NCBI GenBank assembly: GCA_964411255.1
Contig: CAYPKD010000002.1
Span: forward strand, 162,141 to 226,140
DNA length: 64,000 bases
Direction of reading: 5' to 3'
Source of the DNA: an uncultured Gammaproteobacteria bacterium
GTDB taxonomy: Bacteria > Patescibacteriota > Patescibacteriia > UBA11705 > DATKZF01
Below are positions 18,184-26,758 of this stretch, piece by piece. Position numbers and translations under genes: made by a program. Numbering within the stretch: position 1 is the stretch's first letter; the number at the start of each line of letters is the position of its first letter. The notes under the pieces were generated by a model that had not been told where the DNA came from, did no database searches, and saw nothing but the letters and a program-made list of their open reading frames with translations.

Positions 18184-19155
18184 ATGAACAAACAAAAACT
18201 AATGAAACTTTTGGGAAAATTAATGGAAGAAAATGTTTTATTTGGACCGACCAAAGAGGAAGAGATCGTAATCAGACAAATCAGAGATTTAAAACAAATT
18301 GACTGGAGTTTTCAGATCCCAAAGCAAAGCTTTAAGCATTTATTGCTTCCGGCAAGGGAAAGATTGCTTGAACAAAAAGGTGCTCAACTAAAGGAGGTTT
18401 TTGATATTAAATCTCAGGTTATTTTTGGCGTAAATATTTTAGATTTGCAGGCATTAACGTATTTAGAAACAATTTTTAGCGAAGATCCATATTTTCAAAA
18501 ACGAAAAGCAAAAACTATTGTAATTGGCTATAGTTCTGGGATTCCTGAAGATTATAGAAAATATAAAATATTTCATGAAAAGTATCGTGAAGATAAGCTT
18601 GAACACATGATGTTTGATATTTTTATAGAAGAGCAAAAGAATAAAAATTTAAAAGTATTTTCTGGTTCAGAAAAAGGGCAAAAGGTTTTAGATAAAAATG
18701 GCATTAAAGACTATGTAAATATTGAATATGCTGGTCCGATTAGAGAGGAAGGTCCAGATCCGGATTTCGTTTTAAAAAATAAACAAGCAATTGAAAAAGT
18801 AACAGCCAAATCAAAAGTTTTTAAAGACATTGGCAATATATGTATAGCCTGTGGCAAGTGCTCATTAGCATGTCCTTTATGCTTTTGTTTTGAGCATGAA
18901 GATGTAAAAGACGGGGATAAAATAACTAGAGAGAGAAGATGGTCAACCTGCTTTTTCCCTGAATTTACAAAGATTACCGGCGGAGAAAATGATATGAAAG
19001 ATGCAGCACAAAAACTTTATTATTGGTATTATCATAAATTTGTGCGAATGACAGATGAATATAAGTTCCCAGGTTGCGTCAGCTGTATGAGATGTTATAA
19101 AGTGTGTCCGGCTGGAATTAATATTGCTAAGAACTTAAAAAACTTAAAAACATGA
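18184..19155 (+). CDS. hydB: Group 3b hydrogenase beta subunit (4Fe-4S dicluster, AsrA/HydB-like)
   Basis: CIACGKCSLACPLCFC and CVSCMRCYKVCP motifs. Confidence 0.85.
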   Translation: MNKQKLMKLLGKLMEENVLFGPTKEEEIVIRQIRDLKQIDWSFQIPKQSFKHLLLPARERLLEQKGAQLKEVFDIKSQVIFGVNILDLQALTYLETIFSEDPYFQKRKAKTIVIGYSSGIPEDYRKYKIFHEKYREDKLEHMMFDIFIEEQKNKNLKVFSGSEKGQKVLDKNGIKDYVNIEYAGPIREEGPDPDFVLKNKQAIEKVTAKSKVFKDIGNICIACGKCSLACPLCFCFEHEDVKDGDKITRERRWSTCFFPEFTKITGGENDMKDAAQKLYYWYYHKFVRMTDEYKFPGCVSCMRCYKVCPAGINIAKNLKNLKT

Positions 19156-19958
19156 GGAATCCATATAAAGTAGACAAAGCAAAGATTATAAAAAAAGAAA
19201 AGCAAAATGATATTACATATTTGTTTCGTTTGAAATTATCATCTGTTTTGCAGAAAAATTTTGAATTTCTTCCAGGTCAATTTATGCAGGTGGGATTAAT
19301 GGGATTTCGTGAAGCACCAATTAGTATCAGCTCAGATCCAAAAGATTCAAAAAAATATATTGAGCTAACAATTCGCGGAGTTGGCAGGATAACCAATAAA
19401 CTTATTAGTTTAAAAACTGGAGATGAAATGCTTATCCGCGGTCCATTTGGCAATGGATTTCCAGAAGTAAAAGACAAGAATTTAATTTTAATTGGCGGTG
19501 GATGCGGCTTTGTACCTTTGCGATCTGTGATTGAAGCTTATGGAAATGATAAAAAGATTAAAATGCAAATACTGATTGGCTGCAAAGATAAAAATACATT
19601 ATTTTTCAAAAAAAGTTTTAACCAATGGAAAAAAAAGCATGATTTTAATTTAATTTTAGAAAAAGGTAAGTTGCCTGGTTTTGCAAAAAAATCTGGTTTT
19701 GTCACTGATTTGCTGGATCAGCCTTTGCTTGAAAATTCATTGATTTTTATAGTAGGACCTCCAGTTATGTATAAACATGTGGTCCAAATACTTTTACAGA
19801 AAAAAATAAAACCAGAGGATATTTATTTAAGTTTAGAAAAAAGAATGTATTGCGGCCAAGGAGTATGTCAGCATTGCGCTATTGGTACAAAATATATTTG
19901 CAAAGATGGCCCGGTATTTTCTTATAGAGAGCTAAACAATATGTTATATAGTTTATAG
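19152..19958 (+). CDS. hydG: Group 3b hydrogenase gamma subunit (FAD/NAD(P)-binding)
   Basis: PGQF, RGPFGNGF, GGGCG, GPPVM, CGQGVCQHC..CKDGPVF. Confidence 0.88.
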   Translation: MRNPYKVDKAKIIKKEKQNDITYLFRLKLSSVLQKNFEFLPGQFMQVGLMGFREAPISISSDPKDSKKYIELTIRGVGRITNKLISLKTGDEMLIRGPFGNGFPEVKDKNLILIGGGCGFVPLRSVIEAYGNDKKIKMQILIGCKDKNTLFFKKSFNQWKKKHDFNLILEKGKLPGFAKKSGFVTDLLDQPLLENSLIFIVGPPVMYKHVVQILLQKKIKPEDIYLSLEKRMYCGQGVCQHCAIGTKYICKDGPVFSYRELNNMLYSL

Positions 19959-20000
19959 ACGCTACATGATTTTACAGATTTGCTACAAGATATTACAGAT

Positions 20001-20438
20001 ATGACAAAATACATTTATGAGAATTTAACGTATGATTTGATTGGTATATTTTATGAAGTTTATAATTGCTTGGGTCATGGTTATAAAGAAAGAACATATT
20101 GTAATGCAATCATGAAACTTTTACGGAAAAATAATTTGGATTTTGCATATCAATTTAAAGTGCCGGTAAAGATAAGAGATGAAATAGTATGTAAAAGGTA
20201 TTTAGACTTTTTAATAGATGATAAAGTGATAGTTGAGATTAAAGTAGGTAATAAAAGCTCAGGAAGAGATTTTAAGCAAATAAAAGAATATTTAAATTTA
20301 TCTGGATATAAACTTGGACTTTTAGTATTATTTCGAGATAAAGATGTTAAAATATATCGTATTGCCAATTTATACAAAACTGAGATCCGTATCATCTGTA
20401 GCAGATCTGTGGATCTCGTAGTAACATTATGCAAGTAG
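20001..20438 (+). CDS. GxxExxY protein (PD-(D/E)XK-like)
   Basis: LGHGYKERTY and DFLIDDKVIVEIK motifs; flanked by inverted degenerate repeats. Confidence 0.88.
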   Translation: MTKYIYENLTYDLIGIFYEVYNCLGHGYKERTYCNAIMKLLRKNNLDFAYQFKVPVKIRDEIVCKRYLDFLIDDKVIVEIKVGNKSSGRDFKQIKEYLNLSGYKLGLLVLFRDKDVKIYRIANLYKTEIRIICSRSVDLVVTLCK

Positions 20439-20956
20439 TTCACGAAGAAACACAAAAATTTAGTTTAATGATGGGCTTATTAGTTTTAGGTTCAATGGTT
20501 ATTATTGGCGCATATTTAGTCATTCAATGGCAAAAAGGAGTATTATCAGAACTTTCCACCTGGCCGTATATATTTTTAGGATTGATTTTGATTTTAGATA
20601 TATTTTTTATTGCAAATTTTTATCAATTGAAAATTATTTTAACAAATGATCGTTTAATATTTGGATTTGGAATTCTGCGAAGAAAAATAAAACTTTCAGA
20701 TATCAAAGAGATAACCTTAGAAAAATTTGATTTTCAGCGCTATATGGGTTATGGAGTGAGAACAGGAAGAGATAAATCAATTGGCTATGTGGCAAGAAAT
20801 TCCGATGGTATTCGGTTAAAAGTGGCAAATCAAAAAGACTTTTTTATTACCTCTGATGATGCGTCCAGATTAAAATCCATGATTGAATCACAATTAGGCG
20901 GATCAAAATCATATGAAAAAGAACCAAATATTGGAATCAGCTTTGAAGCTGAATGA
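20429..20956 (+). CDS. Two-TM membrane protein with bacterial PH-like C-terminal domain
   Basis: Two TM helices, I.L.DI and GYGVR motifs. Confidence 0.7.
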   Translation: MQVVHEETQKFSLMMGLLVLGSMVIIGAYLVIQWQKGVLSELSTWPYIFLGLILILDIFFIANFYQLKIILTNDRLIFGFGILRRKIKLSDIKEITLEKFDFQRYMGYGVRTGRDKSIGYVARNSDGIRLKVANQKDFFITSDDASRLKSMIESQLGGSKSYEKEPNIGISFEAE

Positions 20957-20959
20957 TTT

Positions 20960-21703
20960 ATGAGTAAAAAGAAATTACAAGTAGGAATTTTATCAATGAC
21001 ATCTTGCGAGGGATGCTGCTTTGCTTTACTAGATGCAACGGAAAAGTATTTAGAATTGTTTAAAGAAGTTGATTTTTCTTTTTTTCGATTATGGAAGCCA
21101 GAAGAAAATATAGCATTGAAAAAATTTGATATTTGTTTTGTAGAGGGTAGTCCAATTACTAAGCATAATATTGAGCAGCTAAAAACAGCCAGGCAAAACA
21201 GCAAAATTTTAGCCAGCTTTGGAACATGTGCGCATTTGGGCGGTATTTATCATTTGAAAAATTATTATAATAAGGACGAAATTATAAAAGAAGTATATAC
21301 AGAAACAAAAGGCATTGATAATCCATATGTATATCCAGCAAGTCATTATGTGAAAATAGATTTTGATGTACCAGCATGTCCAATTGATGCTAAAGAATTT
21401 TTTAGGATGATTAATGAAATAATTATTGGACGCTTGCCAAAAATTCCACAGCATACTGTATGTTATGATTGCCAGAAAAATGGATATCAGTGCGTTTTGC
21501 AAAAAGGCGAAATTTGTTTAGGTCCAATTACCCAAACTGGCTGCAATGCGATTTGCTTGAAAAGTAAACAGGGCTGCTGGGGTTGCAGGGGATTGATAAA
21601 AGATGCAGAAGTTGAGAACCTTACAAAATTATTGAAAAAGAAACATACGACAAAGGAAATTAAAGACGCTCTGGAAATTTTTGGGATTAGGGATTTTATT
21701 TAA
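20960..21703 (+). CDS. hydD: Group 3b hydrogenase small (delta) subunit
   Basis: SCEGC, VEGS, GTCAHLGG, ACP, C..C, CLGP.T..GC.A.C, CWGCRG. Confidence 0.9.
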   Translation: MSKKKLQVGILSMTSCEGCCFALLDATEKYLELFKEVDFSFFRLWKPEENIALKKFDICFVEGSPITKHNIEQLKTARQNSKILASFGTCAHLGGIYHLKNYYNKDEIIKEVYTETKGIDNPYVYPASHYVKIDFDVPACPIDAKEFFRMINEIIIGRLPKIPQHTVCYDCQKNGYQCVLQKGEICLGPITQTGCNAICLKSKQGCWGCRGLIKDAEVENLTKLLKKKHTTKEIKDALEIFGIRDFI

Positions 21704-21706
21704 AAT

Positions 21707-21942
21707 AAAACGACTGGAAACCTGTTAGAATCCAGCCGTGATATTTAAGGCGTGCCCCAAGTACAAGGATTTGGAGGCCCAGCCTTACTTTCCGGCCAAG
21801 GAAAGAGGCCAAAAAAGTACTTGGAGCACATAGATGCCCAAGGCGCAGAAAGTTTTATAACCAGGAATTCTATCAGAATTCTGATGGTTGTTGACCTGGT
21901 ATAATCAAACCGCACCTTGGGACAATGCTGCTGTATGCAGCA
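21707..21942 (-). ncRNA. Structured RNA unit A: short 5' hairpin plus two long interrupted stem-loops
   Basis: TTGACT(21976-21971)-17-TAAACT; stems with G-U pairs only on minus strand; terminator 21707-21738. Confidence 0.7.
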
Positions 21943-21984
21943 AATTAAGTTTATTAAAAATTTGTATTTCAGTCAAGTATTTAA

Positions 21985-22282
21985 AAATTAAAGACTGAGC
22001 ACTCGTTGAGACTCAGTCTTTATAGTTGTTTAGGAGGTAATCTGAAGAATATTGTTGAACCCATTTCCTCAGACTGCGATGCATAATTAAAATTAATAAG
22101 TGAGCCTACATATTAGCTTTATTTGCCACATTACCTATGCATTAACAAAATTGGCAAAGCTAGCTTAGGCCTCGTAGCTTCAGAGTGGTTCTGAAGCCGA
22201 ACCTGACCCTCCTCGATCAGTTCAGATTCTACATTTTTACTTTCCATGTTGAAAGTGCTGGGTTCAGAGCATGTAGATTATC
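21985..22282 (-). ncRNA. Structured RNA unit B (double-pseudoknot family)
   Basis: TTGACT(22316-22311)-17-TATATT; long-range pairs 22259-22266/22056-22063 and 22208-22213/22032-22037; terminator 21990-22021. Confidence 0.8.
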
Positions 22283-22335
22283 ATAATAATATAGCATAGT
22301 TTTTAAATAAAGTCAATAGATTAAATTTATACAAA

Positions 22336-22621
22336 ATTAAAAGCTGAAAGTATGACTTTCAGCAAGTAAATAAGAAGGGGGAAGAGGTTGCACAGAAAAG
22401 AGATTTTGCCCACTTTTCTGTACTATGTTTCATAGATTCCGGGTAAAAATTTGTGAAGACCAGCAAAGATCAGCAAAACATTACAGACATTTTATTGCGG
22501 CCACTACTTAAACCCTGGGCGGCATTAAAAGGTTTTGTAGCTATACTGAAATGCTGAGCTAACCCTCTAAAATTAGCTCCTTCCTGTGTTCATCTGGGCA
22601 TGAGTAATAGAAAACAGGATC
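22336..22621 (-). ncRNA. Structured RNA unit C (double-pseudoknot family)
   Basis: TTGACA(22656-22651)-17-TAAAAT; long-range pairs 22595-22600/22407-22412 and 22564-22568/22383-22387; terminator 22343-22363. Confidence 0.75.
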
Positions 22622-22671
22622 ATATATATTTTATCATAATGTGATAAAAATGTCAAGTATTAGTTTTTTAA

Positions 22672-23030
22672 AAAAGAAAGACTGAGAACTCATGGAGTCT
22701 CAGTCTGTCAACGTTTTTGGAGGTGTTCAGAAAAATTGTGAGCCCTGGTCTTCTGAACGAGGTTTTTAATTAATTTAAAATTAATTATAGTTGAGCTATT
22801 ACTGCACCTTCCTGACCCTTCATATAAAAAATTTTTTTTACGCATGATTCATTTATAGATCACACGCACGAGAAAGGGGTGGGGCAGGCAGATGCAAAGC
22901 TCGTAGCTGTTTCTGCAGAACTGCTGCAGATTCAGCCTGCTGGTCCTCCAAACCAGCTGATCCATTCTCCTTTGGATGTCCAAATTTAGAGGCACCCAGG
23001 GCTCAAGGAGATTATCATGGATCATGTTAC
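22672..23030 (-). ncRNA. Structured RNA unit D (double-pseudoknot family)
   Basis: TTGACT(23065-23060)-17-TATACT; long-range pairs 22996-23005/22739-22748 and 22945-22952/22716-22723; terminator 22679-22706. Confidence 0.8.
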
Positions 23031-23139
23031 ATATATAGTATAGCATATATTTCAATAAAAGTCAATATGTATTATAAAAAATTAGCTAATTTTAGCTAAA
23101 ATTTACAAAAAATATTATTGCTTAGATATTAAATAAAAT

Positions 23140-24402
23140 ATGAAAACAATAAAAATAAACCATATTGCTAAAACTGAAGGTCACATGAGTTTTATAGGCT
23201 CATTGCTTGAGGGTGATATTGCAAAAGCCAAACTGGAAACTGAAGAAGGTGCTAGACTGTTTGAAGGCATGGTCATTGGCCGGCCATATTATCAAATGCC
23301 AGTAATTGTAGCCAGAATCTGCGGTGTTTGCCCGATTGTTCACAATTTAGCTTCGGTTAAAGCAATAGAAAATGCTTTTAATGTCAAAGTGAGTAAAGAA
23401 GTTATTTTACTTCGAAAAATATTGGAATTTGTTCAGATAATTCATAGCCATACTTTGCACATGTTCTTTTTGTCTTTTCCTGATTTGGTTGGAGTTTCAA
23501 ATAATACAGATATTGTAAAAAAATATCCAAAGCAGTCGAAGATTGCATTGGAAGTCAGGGATTGGGCTGTGCAAATGGCAAAGCTTATTGGCGGCAGAAC
23601 TGTGCATCCGATCAATAGTGTAGTCGGTGGATTTAATGTTTTGCCAGATGAAGAAAAGCTAGCTTTATATTTAAAACAAATTCCAAAACAGGTAAAGCTA
23701 TCGGTTAAACTTTTTGACTTTTTAAAAAATCATAAAATTCCAAAGTTTTCAAACCCTTCAAATTATTTGGCTTTAAAAACGAAAAATGAATATGCTATTT
23801 ATGATGGCAAAGTATATTTTTTGGATAATAAAAAAACACAGGATTCAAAAATGTTTTATTCAGACGTCGCTGAAGAAAGCTTGCCATATCAGACAGTGAA
23901 ACGTGCTTATCATTTTGATCAGCCAATGATGTGCGGCGCTTTGGCCAGAATAAATTGTAATTGTAATCAATTAAATAAAGTGGCAAAGAAAAACTGGAAA
24001 GAACTTAGAGTGAAAATGCCAGATTATAATCCATTTCATAATATTTTAGCTCAAGCAGTAGAAGTTATACATTGCTATGAAGAATGTGATAAATTAATTT
24101 CTCAATATATGAGAATCAAAGATAAAAATATACAAGCTAAATATAAAGTAAAAGAGGGAAGAGGGATTGGAGTGATTGAAGCGCCGCGGGGTCTTTTGTT
24201 TCATGAATATAAATTTGATAAGCAAGGATTAATGAAGGAATGCAATATTTTAACGCCAACATCCTTGTTTATTGCTAATTTAGAAAAAGATTTAGAACAA
24301 TATTTACCAACATTAAACAATTTAACAGATGAGAAAAGAGATTTAATGATAAAAACATTGATCAGGGCGTATGACCCTTGTGTTTCCTGCGCCACTCATT
24401 AG
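23140..24402 (+). CDS. hydA: Group 3b NiFe hydrogenase large (alpha) subunit
   Basis: EGH, L1 RICGVC, GGR.VHP, EAPRG.L.H, L2 DPCVSCATH. Confidence 0.93.
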   Translation: MKTIKINHIAKTEGHMSFIGSLLEGDIAKAKLETEEGARLFEGMVIGRPYYQMPVIVARICGVCPIVHNLASVKAIENAFNVKVSKEVILLRKILEFVQIIHSHTLHMFFLSFPDLVGVSNNTDIVKKYPKQSKIALEVRDWAVQMAKLIGGRTVHPINSVVGGFNVLPDEEKLALYLKQIPKQVKLSVKLFDFLKNHKIPKFSNPSNYLALKTKNEYAIYDGKVYFLDNKKTQDSKMFYSDVAEESLPYQTVKRAYHFDQPMMCGALARINCNCNQLNKVAKKNWKELRVKMPDYNPFHNILAQAVEVIHCYEECDKLISQYMRIKDKNIQAKYKVKEGRGIGVIEAPRGLLFHEYKFDKQGLMKECNILTPTSLFIANLEKDLEQYLPTLNNLTDEKRDLMIKTLIRAYDPCVSCATH

Positions 24403-24408
24403 TAAAAT

Positions 24409-24669
24409 ATGCACGATCTTCATTTAGCAGATAAAATTCATAAGCTAGTTCTTGAAAAGGCAAAAGAAAACAATTGCCAAAAGGTAAGTGAGATTGTGGT
24501 TGAACTGGGTTTTATTAAAGAGCACGGCGAGGATATTTTGCCTGAAAATTTAAAATATAATTTAGAATTATTAAATAAAAAAACAATTGCTGAGAATGCT
24601 AAAATTCAAATTAAAAAAGTTGACGGAAAAGAAAATTATTGGAGTCTTCGGGAGATTAGAGCAGAGTAA
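24409..24669 (+). CDS. hypA: Short HypA/HybF-like nickel chaperone lacking the zinc finger
   Basis: MHD start, V..I.VELG, TIAENAKI.I; no CxxC pairs. Confidence 0.7.
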   Translation: MHDLHLADKIHKLVLEKAKENNCQKVSEIVVELGFIKEHGEDILPENLKYNLELLNKKTIAENAKIQIKKVDGKENYWSLREIRAE

Positions 24670-24692
24670 AGAAATTTGTTATAATTATATAT

Positions 24693-25904
24693 ATGAATAC
24701 AAAAATACCATCCGTAGATAAAATTTCTGATTTTAACGGACGAATAGTTTTAGTTCGGGTTGATTTTAATGTGCCAATTGAAAAGGGCAGAGTGACTGAA
24801 AATTTTCGGTTAAAGGCAGCTTTGCCAACTATAAAACATATTGCAAAAAATAATGGCCGAGTAATTTTAATCAGTCACCTGGGCAGGCCTGGCGGCAGGT
24901 ATAATAGAAAATTTTCTTTGCAGCCTGTGTATTTGGAATTAAGAAAATTACTGACAAATTATAAATTAGAGTTTTGGCATGAGAAAATTAAAAACATTAC
25001 GAAAAAGCAGCTGAGTTCAATTGAAGTTGGTGATATTATTTTATTGGAAAATTTAAGATTTTATGAGGGAGAAGATAAAAACCATGTCAGCTTTGGAAAA
25101 AAACTCGGGTCATTAGCCGATTTTTATATAAACGAAGCTTTTTCTTTCTCACATCGAAAGGCTGCGTCAATTGATAGTGTACCAAATTTTTTACCATCAT
25201 ATGTTGGATTTAAATTTATTGAAGAGATTGAATATTTAAGTAAGCTAATAAAACCGAAAAAGCCGGCAGTTGGAATTTTAGGAGGCATAAAAGTAGAGAC
25301 CAAACTGCCATTAATGGAAAAGTTGTTGCCAATTTATGATAAAATTCTAGTTGGTGGTGTGGCGGCCAATGTGTTTTTTGCTTCTCAGGGTTATGAGGTC
25401 GGCAGTTCATTGCTTGATCATGGACATCTTGAAGAATCAAAGGAGTTGCTCAAAAAATTTGAAAAGAAAATTGTTCTGCCAAAAGATGTGATAATAAGCG
25501 GGGATATTGATTCAATAAACATTACCAGAAGCATTAATAAGGATAAAGATATTGTTTATAGAAAAAATCAAATGATTTTAGATATTGGCCCAAAAACCAT
25601 AAAGCTTTTTTCAAAATATATAAATAAAGCAAATACGATTGTCTGGAATGGCCCAATGGGAAAGATGGAAGATATCAGATTTAGAAAAGGAACATCTGAG
25701 TTGGCAAAGCTCATTGCCAAAAGATCCAAAGGAAAAGCATTTGGCGCAGTCGGCGGAGGAGAAACTATTGACGCTCTCAGTCGTATAAATATGTTGAAGG
25801 ATATGGATTTTGTTTCCACTGGCGGCGGAGCAATGCTGGATTATTTAACTGATCCGAAAAAGTTTGCCGGATTAGCTGCTATTTTGAGAAAGAAAAAAAG
25901 ATAA
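24693..25904 (+). CDS. pgk: Phosphoglycerate kinase
   Basis: RVDFNVP, SHLGRP, LLENLRF, WNGPMG, GGGET, VSTGGGA. Confidence 0.96.
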   Translation: MNTKIPSVDKISDFNGRIVLVRVDFNVPIEKGRVTENFRLKAALPTIKHIAKNNGRVILISHLGRPGGRYNRKFSLQPVYLELRKLLTNYKLEFWHEKIKNITKKQLSSIEVGDIILLENLRFYEGEDKNHVSFGKKLGSLADFYINEAFSFSHRKAASIDSVPNFLPSYVGFKFIEEIEYLSKLIKPKKPAVGILGGIKVETKLPLMEKLLPIYDKILVGGVAANVFFASQGYEVGSSLLDHGHLEESKELLKKFEKKIVLPKDVIISGDIDSINITRSINKDKDIVYRKNQMILDIGPKTIKLFSKYINKANTIVWNGPMGKMEDIRFRKGTSELAKLIAKRSKGKAFGAVGGGETIDALSRINMLKDMDFVSTGGGAMLDYLTDPKKFAGLAAILRKKKR

Positions 25905-25925
25905 ATACTAATAAAAATTAAATTT

Positions 25926-26708
25926 ATGAAAGATTCATTATGGCCATCATGGTCTGAAAACAAATTATTTACAATCTTAGTTTCACTTTTATTAATCGTA
26001 CTGATAGGTTTTGTAGGATTTGGCGTAGCATTTAAAGTTAAATCATTTGACTACATTGGAGTTTCTCCGGAAAAACCAAACACAATTCAGGTTACAGGGA
26101 TTGGTAAGGTTGTAGCTGTACCTGATATTGCAAAAGTAACCTTAGGCACTGAAGCAACTGAAAAAGACGTAGCAACAGCGCAGAACAAAGTAACAAAAGA
26201 CATTAATAAATTGATTGAAGAACTTAAAGATGAGTTTGATATTGATGAAAAAGATATCAAGACGGTGAATTATAATATTCATCAGGATTATGACTGGGAT
26301 AACGGTAAGAAAGTTTTAAGAGGATATCGGGTGTCACAAAATGTTGAAGTGAAAATAAGAGAAACTGATAAAGCTGGCCAGGTAGTAGCGCTGGCTGGTG
26401 AAATTGGATTGAAAACCGTCAGTGGCCTGCAATTTACAATTGATGATCCTGAAGAATATAAACAAGATGCTAGAGAGCAGGCAATGGAAAATGCAAAGGA
26501 AAAAGCTGAGGAGTTGGCAGATATTGCCGGAGTAAAATTAGGCAAGATTGTTTCATTTTCCGAAGGTCAGGCAGCGCCTGAAGTAATGTATTCCAGGGCA
26601 TTTGCAGATGAGGCAATTGGTTTTGGAGGAGAAATGGAAGTGCCGGAAATTGAAGTTGGGTCTCAGGAAATCCAGGTGATTGCTACTGTAGAATACGAAA
26701 TATTGTGA
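25926..26708 (+). CDS. SIMPL (DUF541) domain protein
   Basis: V.G.G.V.AVPD.A motif, KA..LA...GV.LG. Confidence 0.9.
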   Translation: MKDSLWPSWSENKLFTILVSLLLIVLIGFVGFGVAFKVKSFDYIGVSPEKPNTIQVTGIGKVVAVPDIAKVTLGTEATEKDVATAQNKVTKDINKLIEELKDEFDIDEKDIKTVNYNIHQDYDWDNGKKVLRGYRVSQNVEVKIRETDKAGQVVALAGEIGLKTVSGLQFTIDDPEEYKQDAREQAMENAKEKAEELADIAGVKLGKIVSFSEGQAAPEVMYSRAFADEAIGFGGEMEVPEIEVGSQEIQVIATVEYEIL

Positions 26709-26758
26709 TTAAAAATAAAATGATTTTGATTTGATTACAAATAATTACAAATATTTTT

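Noticed and set aside
22849-23055. 68-aa minus-strand ORF over RNA unit D
   Set aside because: Starts inside the promoter spacer, lacks an RBS and has no counterpart in units B or C.
21985-23065. Type I toxin mRNAs, tmRNA, RNase P or CRISPR as explanation of units B-D
   Set aside because: No start codon or hydrophobic ORF after the GGAGG loops, no tRNA-like ends or tag frame, no RNase P P4 motif, no identical repeats with spacers.
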